Notes under the pieces: generated by a model
Told to the model about the DNA's origin: nothing
Databases searched by the model: none
The model's input: the letters and a program-made list of their open reading frames with translations, nothing else
Made by a program: the position numbers and the translations under genes
In this document: one piece after another, positions 27,437 through 35,475 of the stretch
Layout: each line of letters opens with the position of its first letter
Numbering within the stretch: position 1 is the first letter of the stretch
Source: a virus
Lineage: Duplodnaviria > Caudoviricetes
Length of the DNA: 55,072 bases
Virus record (IMG/VR): IMGVR_UViG_3300025410_000023
Span: 1 to 55,072 of that record
Reading direction: 5' to 3' (one strand)

Positions 27437-27742
27437 TTAAATATTTTTTGTACCTTTCGGTTTAGGCCCTCTTTTTTGAGGGTTGGCTTTTTTATAAGCC
27501 TTTTCTTCTCGTCTTTGTTCTCGAACTAGTCTCAATCGTTCTTGATATGCAAGTCGAGAAATTTTTAACATTTCTTTTTCAAGAGACACCATTGCTCTTA
27601 ATTGCTTACGTACCTGTAGACCTATATCATAACTGGCCACAGATATAAAACTTTTATGGTAGTTATGCAAATTAACTGCACGTTCTATATATTCTGAATA
27701 TAGTTCTTTATAACGATCTAAGTACTTATTCGACATAATCAA
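27437..27742 (-). CDS. Small basic helical hypothetical protein (101 aa)
   Basis: Overlaps the gp46 end; K/R-rich C-terminal tail (KRGPKPK). True start may be MSNK at 27736. Confidence 0.6.
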   Translation of the reverse strand: MIMSNKYLDRYKELYSEYIERAVNLHNYHKSFISVASYDIGLQVRKQLRAMVSLEKEMLKISRLAYQERLRLVREQRREEKAYKKANPQKRGPKPKGTKNI

Positions 27743-29507
27743 TATCGTTGCTATAATTGGTAAATCCGTTTTCTTTTACAACTCTAAGTACATTATTAAC
27801 TCGACTTACTAGCTCGTCTTTATGACTAATAAGATATATATTTTTATTTCGTTCTCTGGCCATTTTCTTTAAAACAGCTAATGCACTTTCAACACCCGCA
27901 CTATCCATACCAGAGTCTACTAATTCATCGATGAATAGTAAGTTTATATTTTGATACAATCCTTCCCAAACATCTCGGAAAGCAAAACTTAGACTTAAGA
28001 TTAATCGATTGCGCTCGCCGCGTGATAAATTATCAAAATCTAAGTCTTGCCCTAACTGGGTAATTTCTACACTAAGATCATTTTGGAATAACACCTTATG
28101 TGGTAATCCTAATGCATCAATATAATGACTTAATCGTTTATTCAAATAGGTTAAATTTTGATCAATAATCTTTTTCCTTATAAAACTATCTTTGTTTGTT
28201 AGTAGTTTATATAAAAATTCTTGATGGTCTTTCAATCTAGTTGTTGTATTAATATGATCCCAAGTAATTTCTTGAATAGCAGTATTCTTTAATTCTTCTA
28301 TTTGCTCTTGATATGGATTGGCTTCGTCAATTTTTGTAATAAGTTCTTTTTCTAAACTAGCAACATTATTTTTATGACCCAATGCTTCAGCTTCGGTATC
28401 ATAAAATGTCTGCGGTTTATGTGGCTGATCACCTATTTTTTCAAGTTCGTCGCTGATTTTTTGTAGGTCATTGCCTACTTTAGTAGCATAAATTTGTGCT
28501 TCGTCTAAATGTTGTTGAGCAATTGACGACATTTCTTCGTGTTTGTGATCGTGAAGTGCTTGCTCGCAAGCTGGACAAGTTTTATCAACAAGTTTTCCTA
28601 GCTCATTGGTATACTTGGTCACTGATTTATTGGCCTGAGATAATGCACTTTCTAATGTTGCCTTTTGTTTATTAAGGTTTCTTAGTTCATTATCATTATC
28701 TTCCCAAACTTTTAGTGCTTGGTGAGCCAGCAATTCAGCTTCGATATCAACACTTTCAAGTTTCATTATTGCTTTACCCAAAGATTCAATGTCTTGATCT
28801 TTCTTAGAATCCCAAACAGAACTTTTAATTCCTAGGCTATCGATACTTTTTTGCACATTTTCATTGGCTTTTTTAATTGCTTCAATTCTTAATGTTTCTG
28901 CCTGTATTTGATCTTTCGATTCTTTAATAGCCAACTTTAAATTTTCAGCTTTTTCGCTTAATTGAGTTATACCTAATAATTGTTCAATGATTTCTCGTTG
29001 ATCTGCGGCCTTCATTGACAAGAAAGGTTCTGTATATGTATTAAGAGCTACTAAATGTTTAAACATTGTATGGCTTAATTCTAGCATTTGATCAATTGCT
29101 TTTTGTGTTTCTCTACTATCGCCCTGAGCATCATCTTCAATTTCGTCAGATTTTAACTCTTGATCATTTACATATAACTTAAGAATATTCGGCTTACGAC
29201 CTCTTTCAATACGATAATTATAGCCATTTTTTTCAAATTCGACTGTAACCAACATACCTTTTCCGTTGGTCTTATTGATTAAATTTTCTTTACGTATATT
29301 AGTAAGTGCTTGCCCATATACTGCATAACTCAACGCATTGATAATAGTTGTTTTTCCTGTGCCATTACGAGACCCGGTATCGTCACCACCTAAATCTACA
29401 TTCTCACCTAGTACAAGAGTAAGATGTTCTTTGGCAAAATCTACAGCCTGGGTTTGATTACCTACGCTCATAAAATTTTTAACAGTGATATTTTTAATTT
29501 TAAACAT
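27726..29507 (-). CDS. gp46: Rad50/SbcC-like recombination ATPase, gp46
   Basis: KNFMSVGN, Walker A NGTGKTT, zinc hook CPAC, signature LSRGE, Walker B LLFIDE, ISHK. Confidence 0.95.
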   Translation of the reverse strand: MFKIKNITVKNFMSVGNQTQAVDFAKEHLTLVLGENVDLGGDDTGSRNGTGKTTIINALSYAVYGQALTNIRKENLINKTNGKGMLVTVEFEKNGYNYRIERGRKPNILKLYVNDQELKSDEIEDDAQGDSRETQKAIDQMLELSHTMFKHLVALNTYTEPFLSMKAADQREIIEQLLGITQLSEKAENLKLAIKESKDQIQAETLRIEAIKKANENVQKSIDSLGIKSSVWDSKKDQDIESLGKAIMKLESVDIEAELLAHQALKVWEDNDNELRNLNKQKATLESALSQANKSVTKYTNELGKLVDKTCPACEQALHDHKHEEMSSIAQQHLDEAQIYATKVGNDLQKISDELEKIGDQPHKPQTFYDTEAEALGHKNNVASLEKELITKIDEANPYQEQIEELKNTAIQEITWDHINTTTRLKDHQEFLYKLLTNKDSFIRKKIIDQNLTYLNKRLSHYIDALGLPHKVLFQNDLSVEITQLGQDLDFDNLSRGERNRLILSLSFAFRDVWEGLYQNINLLFIDELVDSGMDSAGVESALAVLKKMARERNKNIYLISHKDELVSRVNNVLRVVKENGFTNYSNDIDYVE

Positions 29508-30520
29508 TATAGATTATTATATATTTCTAGTAGAGTTGATTTTTCAAATTGTGTTGAATCTATATTAACCAATTGTTCTGTGACAATCTGGTCAACACTT
29601 TCAAACAAAGTATCTAGAGTATCGCTGGTAGAACCTTCTAGATTAACTTTGTCTTGTTGTAGTCCTATTTCTCTAATATCGTAATTTTTAGTAAACTCTT
29701 CTTTGATAAAATTTGCTTCTTCGAAACTAATGTCGATGTCTAAATTAACTCTAAAGTACATTTTACTTTTCATTAATTCTGCCTGACGATCGATTAGTTC
29801 GCTCAACTTAATAGTTCTATACTTAGGGCAATCTGGCCAATTAATAAACTCTGGCTTACCACCCCACTCTAATATCATCATTCCACGATCATCGTCCCAC
29901 GCATCAGCAAAATTATGTGGAAAAGCGTTTCCTATATAGATAATATGTTCTTGTTGCTGTCTTTTATGAAAGTGTCCGCTGAATACATAATCTGGGCCTT
30001 TAAAAACATCAGATGTAAGCTCACCGTGATCGGGCATTTGTACCATAGCATTCATAAAGAAGTGAGGCAATTCAAAATGTCCGAATACATATTTGCTTTT
30101 TATATCCTTCATAGTCTTCCACTCATCCCCAACTAACCACGGAACAAGGGTAACATCATCAAGAGTTGTAATACCATCTACAACAGTAACTCCTGGAATG
30201 TGACGACCAAACGCCGATGAATGAATGTCGCGCTTGTCTTTGTAAAACAAATCGTGGTTGCCAGGAAACCAAAAGAACTGTTCAAAAGAAGAACCTAATT
30301 TTTCTAAGCATCTTAAACTAGAATCTAAAGTAAAAAGATTCAAACTATTTCTATTATGTGACCAGTCTCCCATAAAGATACAGGTTTCGCAATTATTTTT
30401 TTCAGCTTCTTCGATAAACCAATCTACAAATTCTTCACAATCTCGAAGATGTACAGAACTATTAGATTTAAGTCCTACATGAAGATCTGTAAAGACAGCA
30501 ACTTTCTTAAATAATCCCAT
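29507..30520 (-). CDS. gp47: Mre11/SbcD-like nuclease, gp47
   Basis: Metallophosphoesterase motifs DLHVG, GDW, GNHD, GHF, SGHFH; TAATG coupling to gp46. Confidence 0.95.
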   Translation of the reverse strand: MGLFKKVAVFTDLHVGLKSNSSVHLRDCEEFVDWFIEEAEKNNCETCIFMGDWSHNRNSLNLFTLDSSLRCLEKLGSSFEQFFWFPGNHDLFYKDKRDIHSSAFGRHIPGVTVVDGITTLDDVTLVPWLVGDEWKTMKDIKSKYVFGHFELPHFFMNAMVQMPDHGELTSDVFKGPDYVFSGHFHKRQQQEHIIYIGNAFPHNFADAWDDDRGMMILEWGGKPEFINWPDCPKYRTIKLSELIDRQAELMKSKMYFRVNLDIDISFEEANFIKEEFTKNYDIREIGLQQDKVNLEGSTSDTLDTLFESVDQIVTEQLVNIDSTQFEKSTLLEIYNNL

Positions 30521-30620
30521 TAAACTTCCCTAGCTTTATAACCATTATAAAATTCTCCGTTTTTTGATTTTTCTAATACGGTATTAGCCCATTGACCTGT
30601 CTGCCGTTGAAAATCGCTTT

Positions 30621-30658
30621 TATTTAAAAAGTTTAACAGGCACAGTGAATAAAGTCAA
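30621..30658 (-). promoter_or_regulatory. Sigma70-like promoter plus TAAATA box upstream of gp47
   Basis: TTGACT (30658-30653), 17 nt spacer, TG-extended TAAACT (30635-30630); TAAATA at 30626-30621. Confidence 0.55.
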
Positions 30659-31572
30659 GTCTCTGTTTCGTCCTCTTCTATACCTTCTTCGTCCTCTGGT
30701 ACATCTTCACTTTTTGGCATACGCATATTTTTATAAAGTTCTGCTTGCCTTGCAGTTTCTTCTGCGTACTCGTGTGAATGTTGTCTGGTAGAACTAGGAG
30801 TTAATCCTGCCTCTTCTAACAAGTCGTCTCGAATATTTTGGCTTTTCTTTTCAAGATTTAAAATTCTTGTAAAACTGTTGGTAACAGCGGCTGTATAATA
30901 AGCAAACGGATTTTCGGATTTAGACTCATCAAACTGTAGTCCAATTTGACTTAACTGTAGGATAGCTTGACCTTTCATTTCGTCAACATAAGTGTATCCG
31001 CGCCAGTTGCTACGCTGTGCATAACGCTCTGATAATTTGATAAACATTTTACCAAGATTTTCTGTGATACGTCCGTGATCTTTACTAAAATGCCCAGTAT
31101 CTACAGGTCCTTTCCAATGGCTTTTTCCAACGCAGACTAACTCGTCCTGATCGTCGAATTTCCAATGTTGATACGGTGGAAAATTTACTTTGTCATGACT
31201 ATCTGCCGTAATTTTTAATGTTTTTTTACGACCTGGTGATAATGGAATATGATCAAATGTCATTATTCGGATTATAATATCTTTTTTATCTATGGTTTTA
31301 TAATCAGGAGTACATTCGGATAATTTAATTTTTTTATCTCCTGACAGCCGAGCCGCAGAAAATGCGTAAATTCCTAGTCTCTTTGCACGATTGCGTTTAG
31401 CTTCGGCAATTGTTCTAATGTTTACTTTGTCAAGATTGGGTAGAATAATATCGTATTGCTGATATTCGGGTTTGGTAAAACTTGAATATGAGCATTTACT
31501 TTTATGTATCTCTGCTAATAAATCTCTATTGTTTAAGTATTTTACTTTCCTTGTGGTGAATATTGGAGTCAT
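30655..31572 (-). CDS. gp55: Late-transcription sigma factor, gp55-like, with large insertion
   Basis: YLNNRDLLAEI, NWRGYTYVDEM, FDESKSENPFAYYT..NSF.RI...EKK; adjacent to gp47/46 as in T4. Start taken at ATG 31572, downstream of the promoter and AAGGA. Confidence 0.85.
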   Translation of the reverse strand: MTPIFTTRKVKYLNNRDLLAEIHKSKCSYSSFTKPEYQQYDIILPNLDKVNIRTIAEAKRNRAKRLGIYAFSAARLSGDKKIKLSECTPDYKTIDKKDIIIRIMTFDHIPLSPGRKKTLKITADSHDKVNFPPYQHWKFDDQDELVCVGKSHWKGPVDTGHFSKDHGRITENLGKMFIKLSERYAQRSNWRGYTYVDEMKGQAILQLSQIGLQFDESKSENPFAYYTAAVTNSFTRILNLEKKSQNIRDDLLEEAGLTPSSTRQHSHEYAEETARQAELYKNMRMPKSEDVPEDEEGIEEDETET

Positions 31573-31597
31573 CTTTTTATTATTTTCCTTATATTTG

Positions 31598-31625
31598 AGT
31601 ATAACACAAATCTGTTGTGTGTCAA
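31598..31625 (-). promoter_or_regulatory. Sigma70-type early promoter for the gp55 block
   Basis: TTGACA (31625-31620), 16 nt spacer, TG-extended TATACT (31603-31598). Confidence 0.7.
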
Positions 31626-31647
31626 CCACAGTATTAAATTAGCAGTT

Positions 31648-31664
31648 TATTTATTGGTTAAATA
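31648..31664. promoter_or_regulatory. Back-to-back TAAATA boxes
   Basis: TAAATA on - at 31648-31653 and on + at 31659-31664. Confidence 0.55.
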
Positions 31665-31682
31665 GCAATATAAGGAACAAAT

Positions 31683-32474
31683 ATGTCAGCACAAGATTTA
31701 CTTAATAATCCAGCCGTTCAAAATTCATTGCAGGTTGCAGGTAATAATTCAGATGTTACTGCATCCAGAATGGCAGTAAACATTCCGGGTGCCCAACCGC
31801 AAGCTAATAAACCGGCAGCATTTAACATACGAAGTGCGCAAGGTAGTGTTAGGAAACAAGATCTTCGAGTAAGAATTATAGTACCTTCGGATTATATTAC
31901 TTGGAGAACCAGGGGCGGTGCTCGAGGAGATATTGATCAGTTAGATGGAATTATATTTCCTTATACTCCTCAAATAACCTATGATGTCAGAGCTGATTAT
32001 TCGTCGTTGAATCCCACACACGGAAACTATACACAGTTTTTCTATCAACATAGTCAGGTTGGTGTGTTGAATATTTCTGGAAAGTTTACAGTACAAAATG
32101 CACAAGATGCACAAACATATTTGTCTACAGTACATCTGCTTAAAGCATTGACAAAAATGAGATTTGGCAACGACAGTGATGCTGGTGCACCTCCTCCTGT
32201 TTGCAGATTATATGGATATGGTGCATTTATGTTAGGTAATGTTCCAATTGTTATCACAAGTTACAGAATAGATTTGCCTGATAGTGTAGATTATTTCACA
32301 CTAGGAAAAAATGTTGACGATCCATTCTACGGGCAGGCATCTGTGCCGGTATCTTCGACTGTGAGTATTACCTGTGCTCCTGTTTATAGTAGAAAAGAAT
32401 TGCAAGATTTTTCAGTTACAGGATGGCTTAATGGTGATTTTAACAGTAAAGATAATCCCAAAGGATACCTATAA
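31683..32474 (+). CDS. Baseplate tail-tube initiator/cap-like protein (gp48/gp54-like)
   Basis: GIIFPYTP, GAPPPVCRL.GYG..ML.NVP.VI.SY motif; lies before gp53. Confidence 0.55.
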   Translation: MSAQDLLNNPAVQNSLQVAGNNSDVTASRMAVNIPGAQPQANKPAAFNIRSAQGSVRKQDLRVRIIVPSDYITWRTRGGARGDIDQLDGIIFPYTPQITYDVRADYSSLNPTHGNYTQFFYQHSQVGVLNISGKFTVQNAQDAQTYLSTVHLLKALTKMRFGNDSDAGAPPPVCRLYGYGAFMLGNVPIVITSYRIDLPDSVDYFTLGKNVDDPFYGQASVPVSSTVSITCAPVYSRKELQDFSVTGWLNGDFNSKDNPKGYL

Positions 32475-32776
32475 TGTCTGCTACATACCTAAGAACCAGT
32501 CCTTATTTTTCTACACCAATTACCAGCGGATATCTTGATGTAATGTCATTTTCAAATATTCCTGCACAGACTGATGATCTAACTTTTGTAATCACCAAAG
32601 ACTACGAATATCGTCCTGATTTATTAGCCTATGATCTGTATCAAGATTCTAATCTATGGTGGGTATTCGCTGTACGAAATGTTAGTATAATTAAAGATCC
32701 TGTCTATGATTTTACAGCAGGTTTAAGCATCCGCCTTCCTAAATTAAGTACTTTAAAATCATCTTTGGGAATATAA
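32474..32776 (+). CDS. gp53: Baseplate wedge protein, gp53/LysM-like
   Basis: RPDLLAYDLY.D..LWWVFA.RN...DP. Confidence 0.8.
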   Translation: MSATYLRTSPYFSTPITSGYLDVMSFSNIPAQTDDLTFVITKDYEYRPDLLAYDLYQDSNLWWVFAVRNVSIIKDPVYDFTAGLSIRLPKLSTLKSSLGI

Positions 32777-32777
32777 G

Positions 32778-35456
32778 ATGGCAACATCATCTAACATAGA
32801 AAACAAAACACCTAACAAGCAAAGTAATGCTACCACAGGCACGACTATTAATTCTACGTTAGATGTTAATAATGTTACTTCTGAAAATGTATTAAATCAA
32901 TATAGATCATACACTTACAAATTTACCTTGGCTGGTTTAGATAAAGGAAAAGCAAATGATCCATTGTCATATAGAAATGGAGAGTTGGATTTAGTTATTT
33001 TAAAATCTGGCGGTAAAGGATCTGATTATGCTATGAAAACTACACAAAGTAGTACTTCTACTCCGTATAGTTCTACAACTGTTTCTAACAGTAATGGAAC
33101 ACAGGCTCGAGCCGCACAAGGTATACAGGCAGCACTGGATAATTTTAATCAAAATAGTCCAGGTAGATTTGATATGTATATCGATAATGTAGAGCTAATT
33201 ACAACAATGGCATTTTCGGAAGCAAGTAATACTACATTTGTAACAGGAATATCATTTGATGTATTTGAGCCATACAGTATTAGTGGGTTTATAGAAGCAT
33301 TACATACTGCCGCAGTGGCCGCAGGATATCTAACATATATGGGTGCTTCATTTTTACTAAAAATTGAATTTATAGGATATAATGACAAAGATAATATTCC
33401 TAAACCAGAATTTGTAGAAAAAAGTAGTAGATATATTCCTTTCGTATTTAAAAAAGTAGAAGTTGATGTATCCGAATCTGGTACAAGATATAGATGTCAA
33501 GGAGTGCCGGTTAATCAATTTGCATTAGGAGAATATAATCAATTAAAAGCACCTGTTAAAATGGTTGGAAGAACTGTTAAGGAAGTTTTAGAAAATTTAA
33601 TGACTGTGCGTTCTAAACAACAAGAAAATGAAGACACCATATACAAAAAAGATAATAATCCAACTATTAATAGTGATACATTTGAAATAAAATTTCCCAC
33701 GGTAGATGAAGAAACAGGAGAAATTGATTATAGTAAAGATAATCCAATAGCTGGATACGAAATTACAAAATTATTTAGAAAACGTCAGGTATATTCTTTT
33801 CCAGACCCCGGAACCACTGATAAACCAACTGGTTATAAATTAGATCCTCGTAATAATGCATACACTGACCCAAGATCTACACTTTATAATCAACAGCCGA
33901 CTGTTGAACAAATGACAGCAGACCCGGTTAATTATAAGTATGAACCAAATAATTCCGCTATTACATTTGCCAACGGTGCTAATATTCACGCAATTATTTC
34001 TTCTGTGATCAGAGATAGTGAGTACTTTAGAGAAATAGTATCAAATTTAGGCGACCATATAGATCAAGAAAATATGGTCAGTTTTTGGAAAATTAATACA
34101 AAGATTAAAATAGGAGAGATGGATGCTACATTAGGACGTCCGTCTCAAACAATAACCTATGTTGTTACTCCGTACAAAGTTCATCTAACACAAATTCCTG
34201 GATATATGGGTATGACAGTTGATCCTGCTAAAACTCAACCTCTAGCACTACGAACTTACAATTATATCTATTCTGGAAAAAATACAGATGTATTAAATTT
34301 TAAACTTAATTTTGATACAATGTTCTACGAAGCGTTACCAAAATCATTGGGTAATAATGAAGGAGTTTCTGCAAGAGACAGTGCTGGAAGAACTGAAGAA
34401 AATGATCCTAAGTTGGATATGAGAAGTATACAAAATTCTTTAAATGCAGAATTAGGTATTCCTTTGATAAAATTTACAGATACTGCTAGTAATTTAAATG
34501 CTACAGATGGAAATGCTGGGCCACCTGCTATCGATCCTTGGTCAATTTTGGCTAAAAATGCATTTAGGTCTCTAATTACAAATGCTCAATATAATATGCT
34601 AAAGGGAGATCTTGAAATTATAGGAGATCCTTTTTATCTTGTTACAGGTGGAATTGGTAATTATGATCCAAAAATGTCTCGCAAAGGTGAAACTGTGGAT
34701 GGAGAAGCAGACACAAATTATGGACAAGTGTTAATAAATTTAAATTTTAAAAATCCTATAGATATTAATCCTTTAGATGAAGGAGGAAGATTAAATTTTG
34801 AATCTAAGAAACTTTCTTTTTCAGGAATTTATATGGTTAACCGTGTAAGGTCGGTGTTTAAAGATGGTGTATTTAAACAGCATCTTGAAGTTGCAAGACT
34901 TGTTGGAACTAACAATGACATCAAAGGTCCAGAAGACTCTACAGAAAGCGTATTCACTAAGAGAATAAATCCTTTGACAGTTACAACACCCGATGCTAGT
35001 AAAGCAGTTCCGTTAAACAGACGACAAACATCTTTAATGAATGCTATACAAGGAATCAACAATGCTGTTGCTAGTATTGCTTCTGTGGAAGCAAACGTAG
35101 TAAGTGCAGTTACAGGTGCAGTTGCAGGAGTAGCAAATGCAGTGGGTAGCGTATTAGCTGTTCCGGGGCAAGCATTAGCACAGGCTACACAATCGATAAC
35201 AAATGCACAAAATGGTATAGGTAGTGCGATATCTTTGGTATCTGGAAAATTAGGATTAACTCCACAACAGTTATTAACGCTGTCTCCCAAAGATATTGCA
35301 TCGTTGGCTACTTATTCTAGATTAGTTCCTTCTAATGTAGATATAACAGCAGAGGAAGATCAAGGAGTAATAATGCCGTCTGATATTAACAAGGTAAAAG
35401 ACTTACCTCCGGTATCTCCTAAAACAGTTGCTCCTAATCCGCCAACAGTACAATAA
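32778..35456 (+). CDS. Baseplate hub protein, gp27-like (892 aa)
   Basis: Lies between gp53 and gp5; LEIIGDP and FSGIYMV.RV.S.F.DG.F.Q.L motifs. Confidence 0.6.
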   Translation: MATSSNIENKTPNKQSNATTGTTINSTLDVNNVTSENVLNQYRSYTYKFTLAGLDKGKANDPLSYRNGELDLVILKSGGKGSDYAMKTTQSSTSTPYSSTTVSNSNGTQARAAQGIQAALDNFNQNSPGRFDMYIDNVELITTMAFSEASNTTFVTGISFDVFEPYSISGFIEALHTAAVAAGYLTYMGASFLLKIEFIGYNDKDNIPKPEFVEKSSRYIPFVFKKVEVDVSESGTRYRCQGVPVNQFALGEYNQLKAPVKMVGRTVKEVLENLMTVRSKQQENEDTIYKKDNNPTINSDTFEIKFPTVDEETGEIDYSKDNPIAGYEITKLFRKRQVYSFPDPGTTDKPTGYKLDPRNNAYTDPRSTLYNQQPTVEQMTADPVNYKYEPNNSAITFANGANIHAIISSVIRDSEYFREIVSNLGDHIDQENMVSFWKINTKIKIGEMDATLGRPSQTITYVVTPYKVHLTQIPGYMGMTVDPAKTQPLALRTYNYIYSGKNTDVLNFKLNFDTMFYEALPKSLGNNEGVSARDSAGRTEENDPKLDMRSIQNSLNAELGIPLIKFTDTASNLNATDGNAGPPAIDPWSILAKNAFRSLITNAQYNMLKGDLEIIGDPFYLVTGGIGNYDPKMSRKGETVDGEADTNYGQVLINLNFKNPIDINPLDEGGRLNFESKKLSFSGIYMVNRVRSVFKDGVFKQHLEVARLVGTNNDIKGPEDSTESVFTKRINPLTVTTPDASKAVPLNRRQTSLMNAIQGINNAVASIASVEANVVSAVTGAVAGVANAVGSVLAVPGQALAQATQSITNAQNGIGSAISLVSGKLGLTPQQLLTLSPKDIASLATYSRLVPSNVDITAEEDQGVIMPSDINKVKDLPPVSPKTVAPNPPTVQ

Positions 35457-35475
35457 TTTTATAATGAGGTAATAA

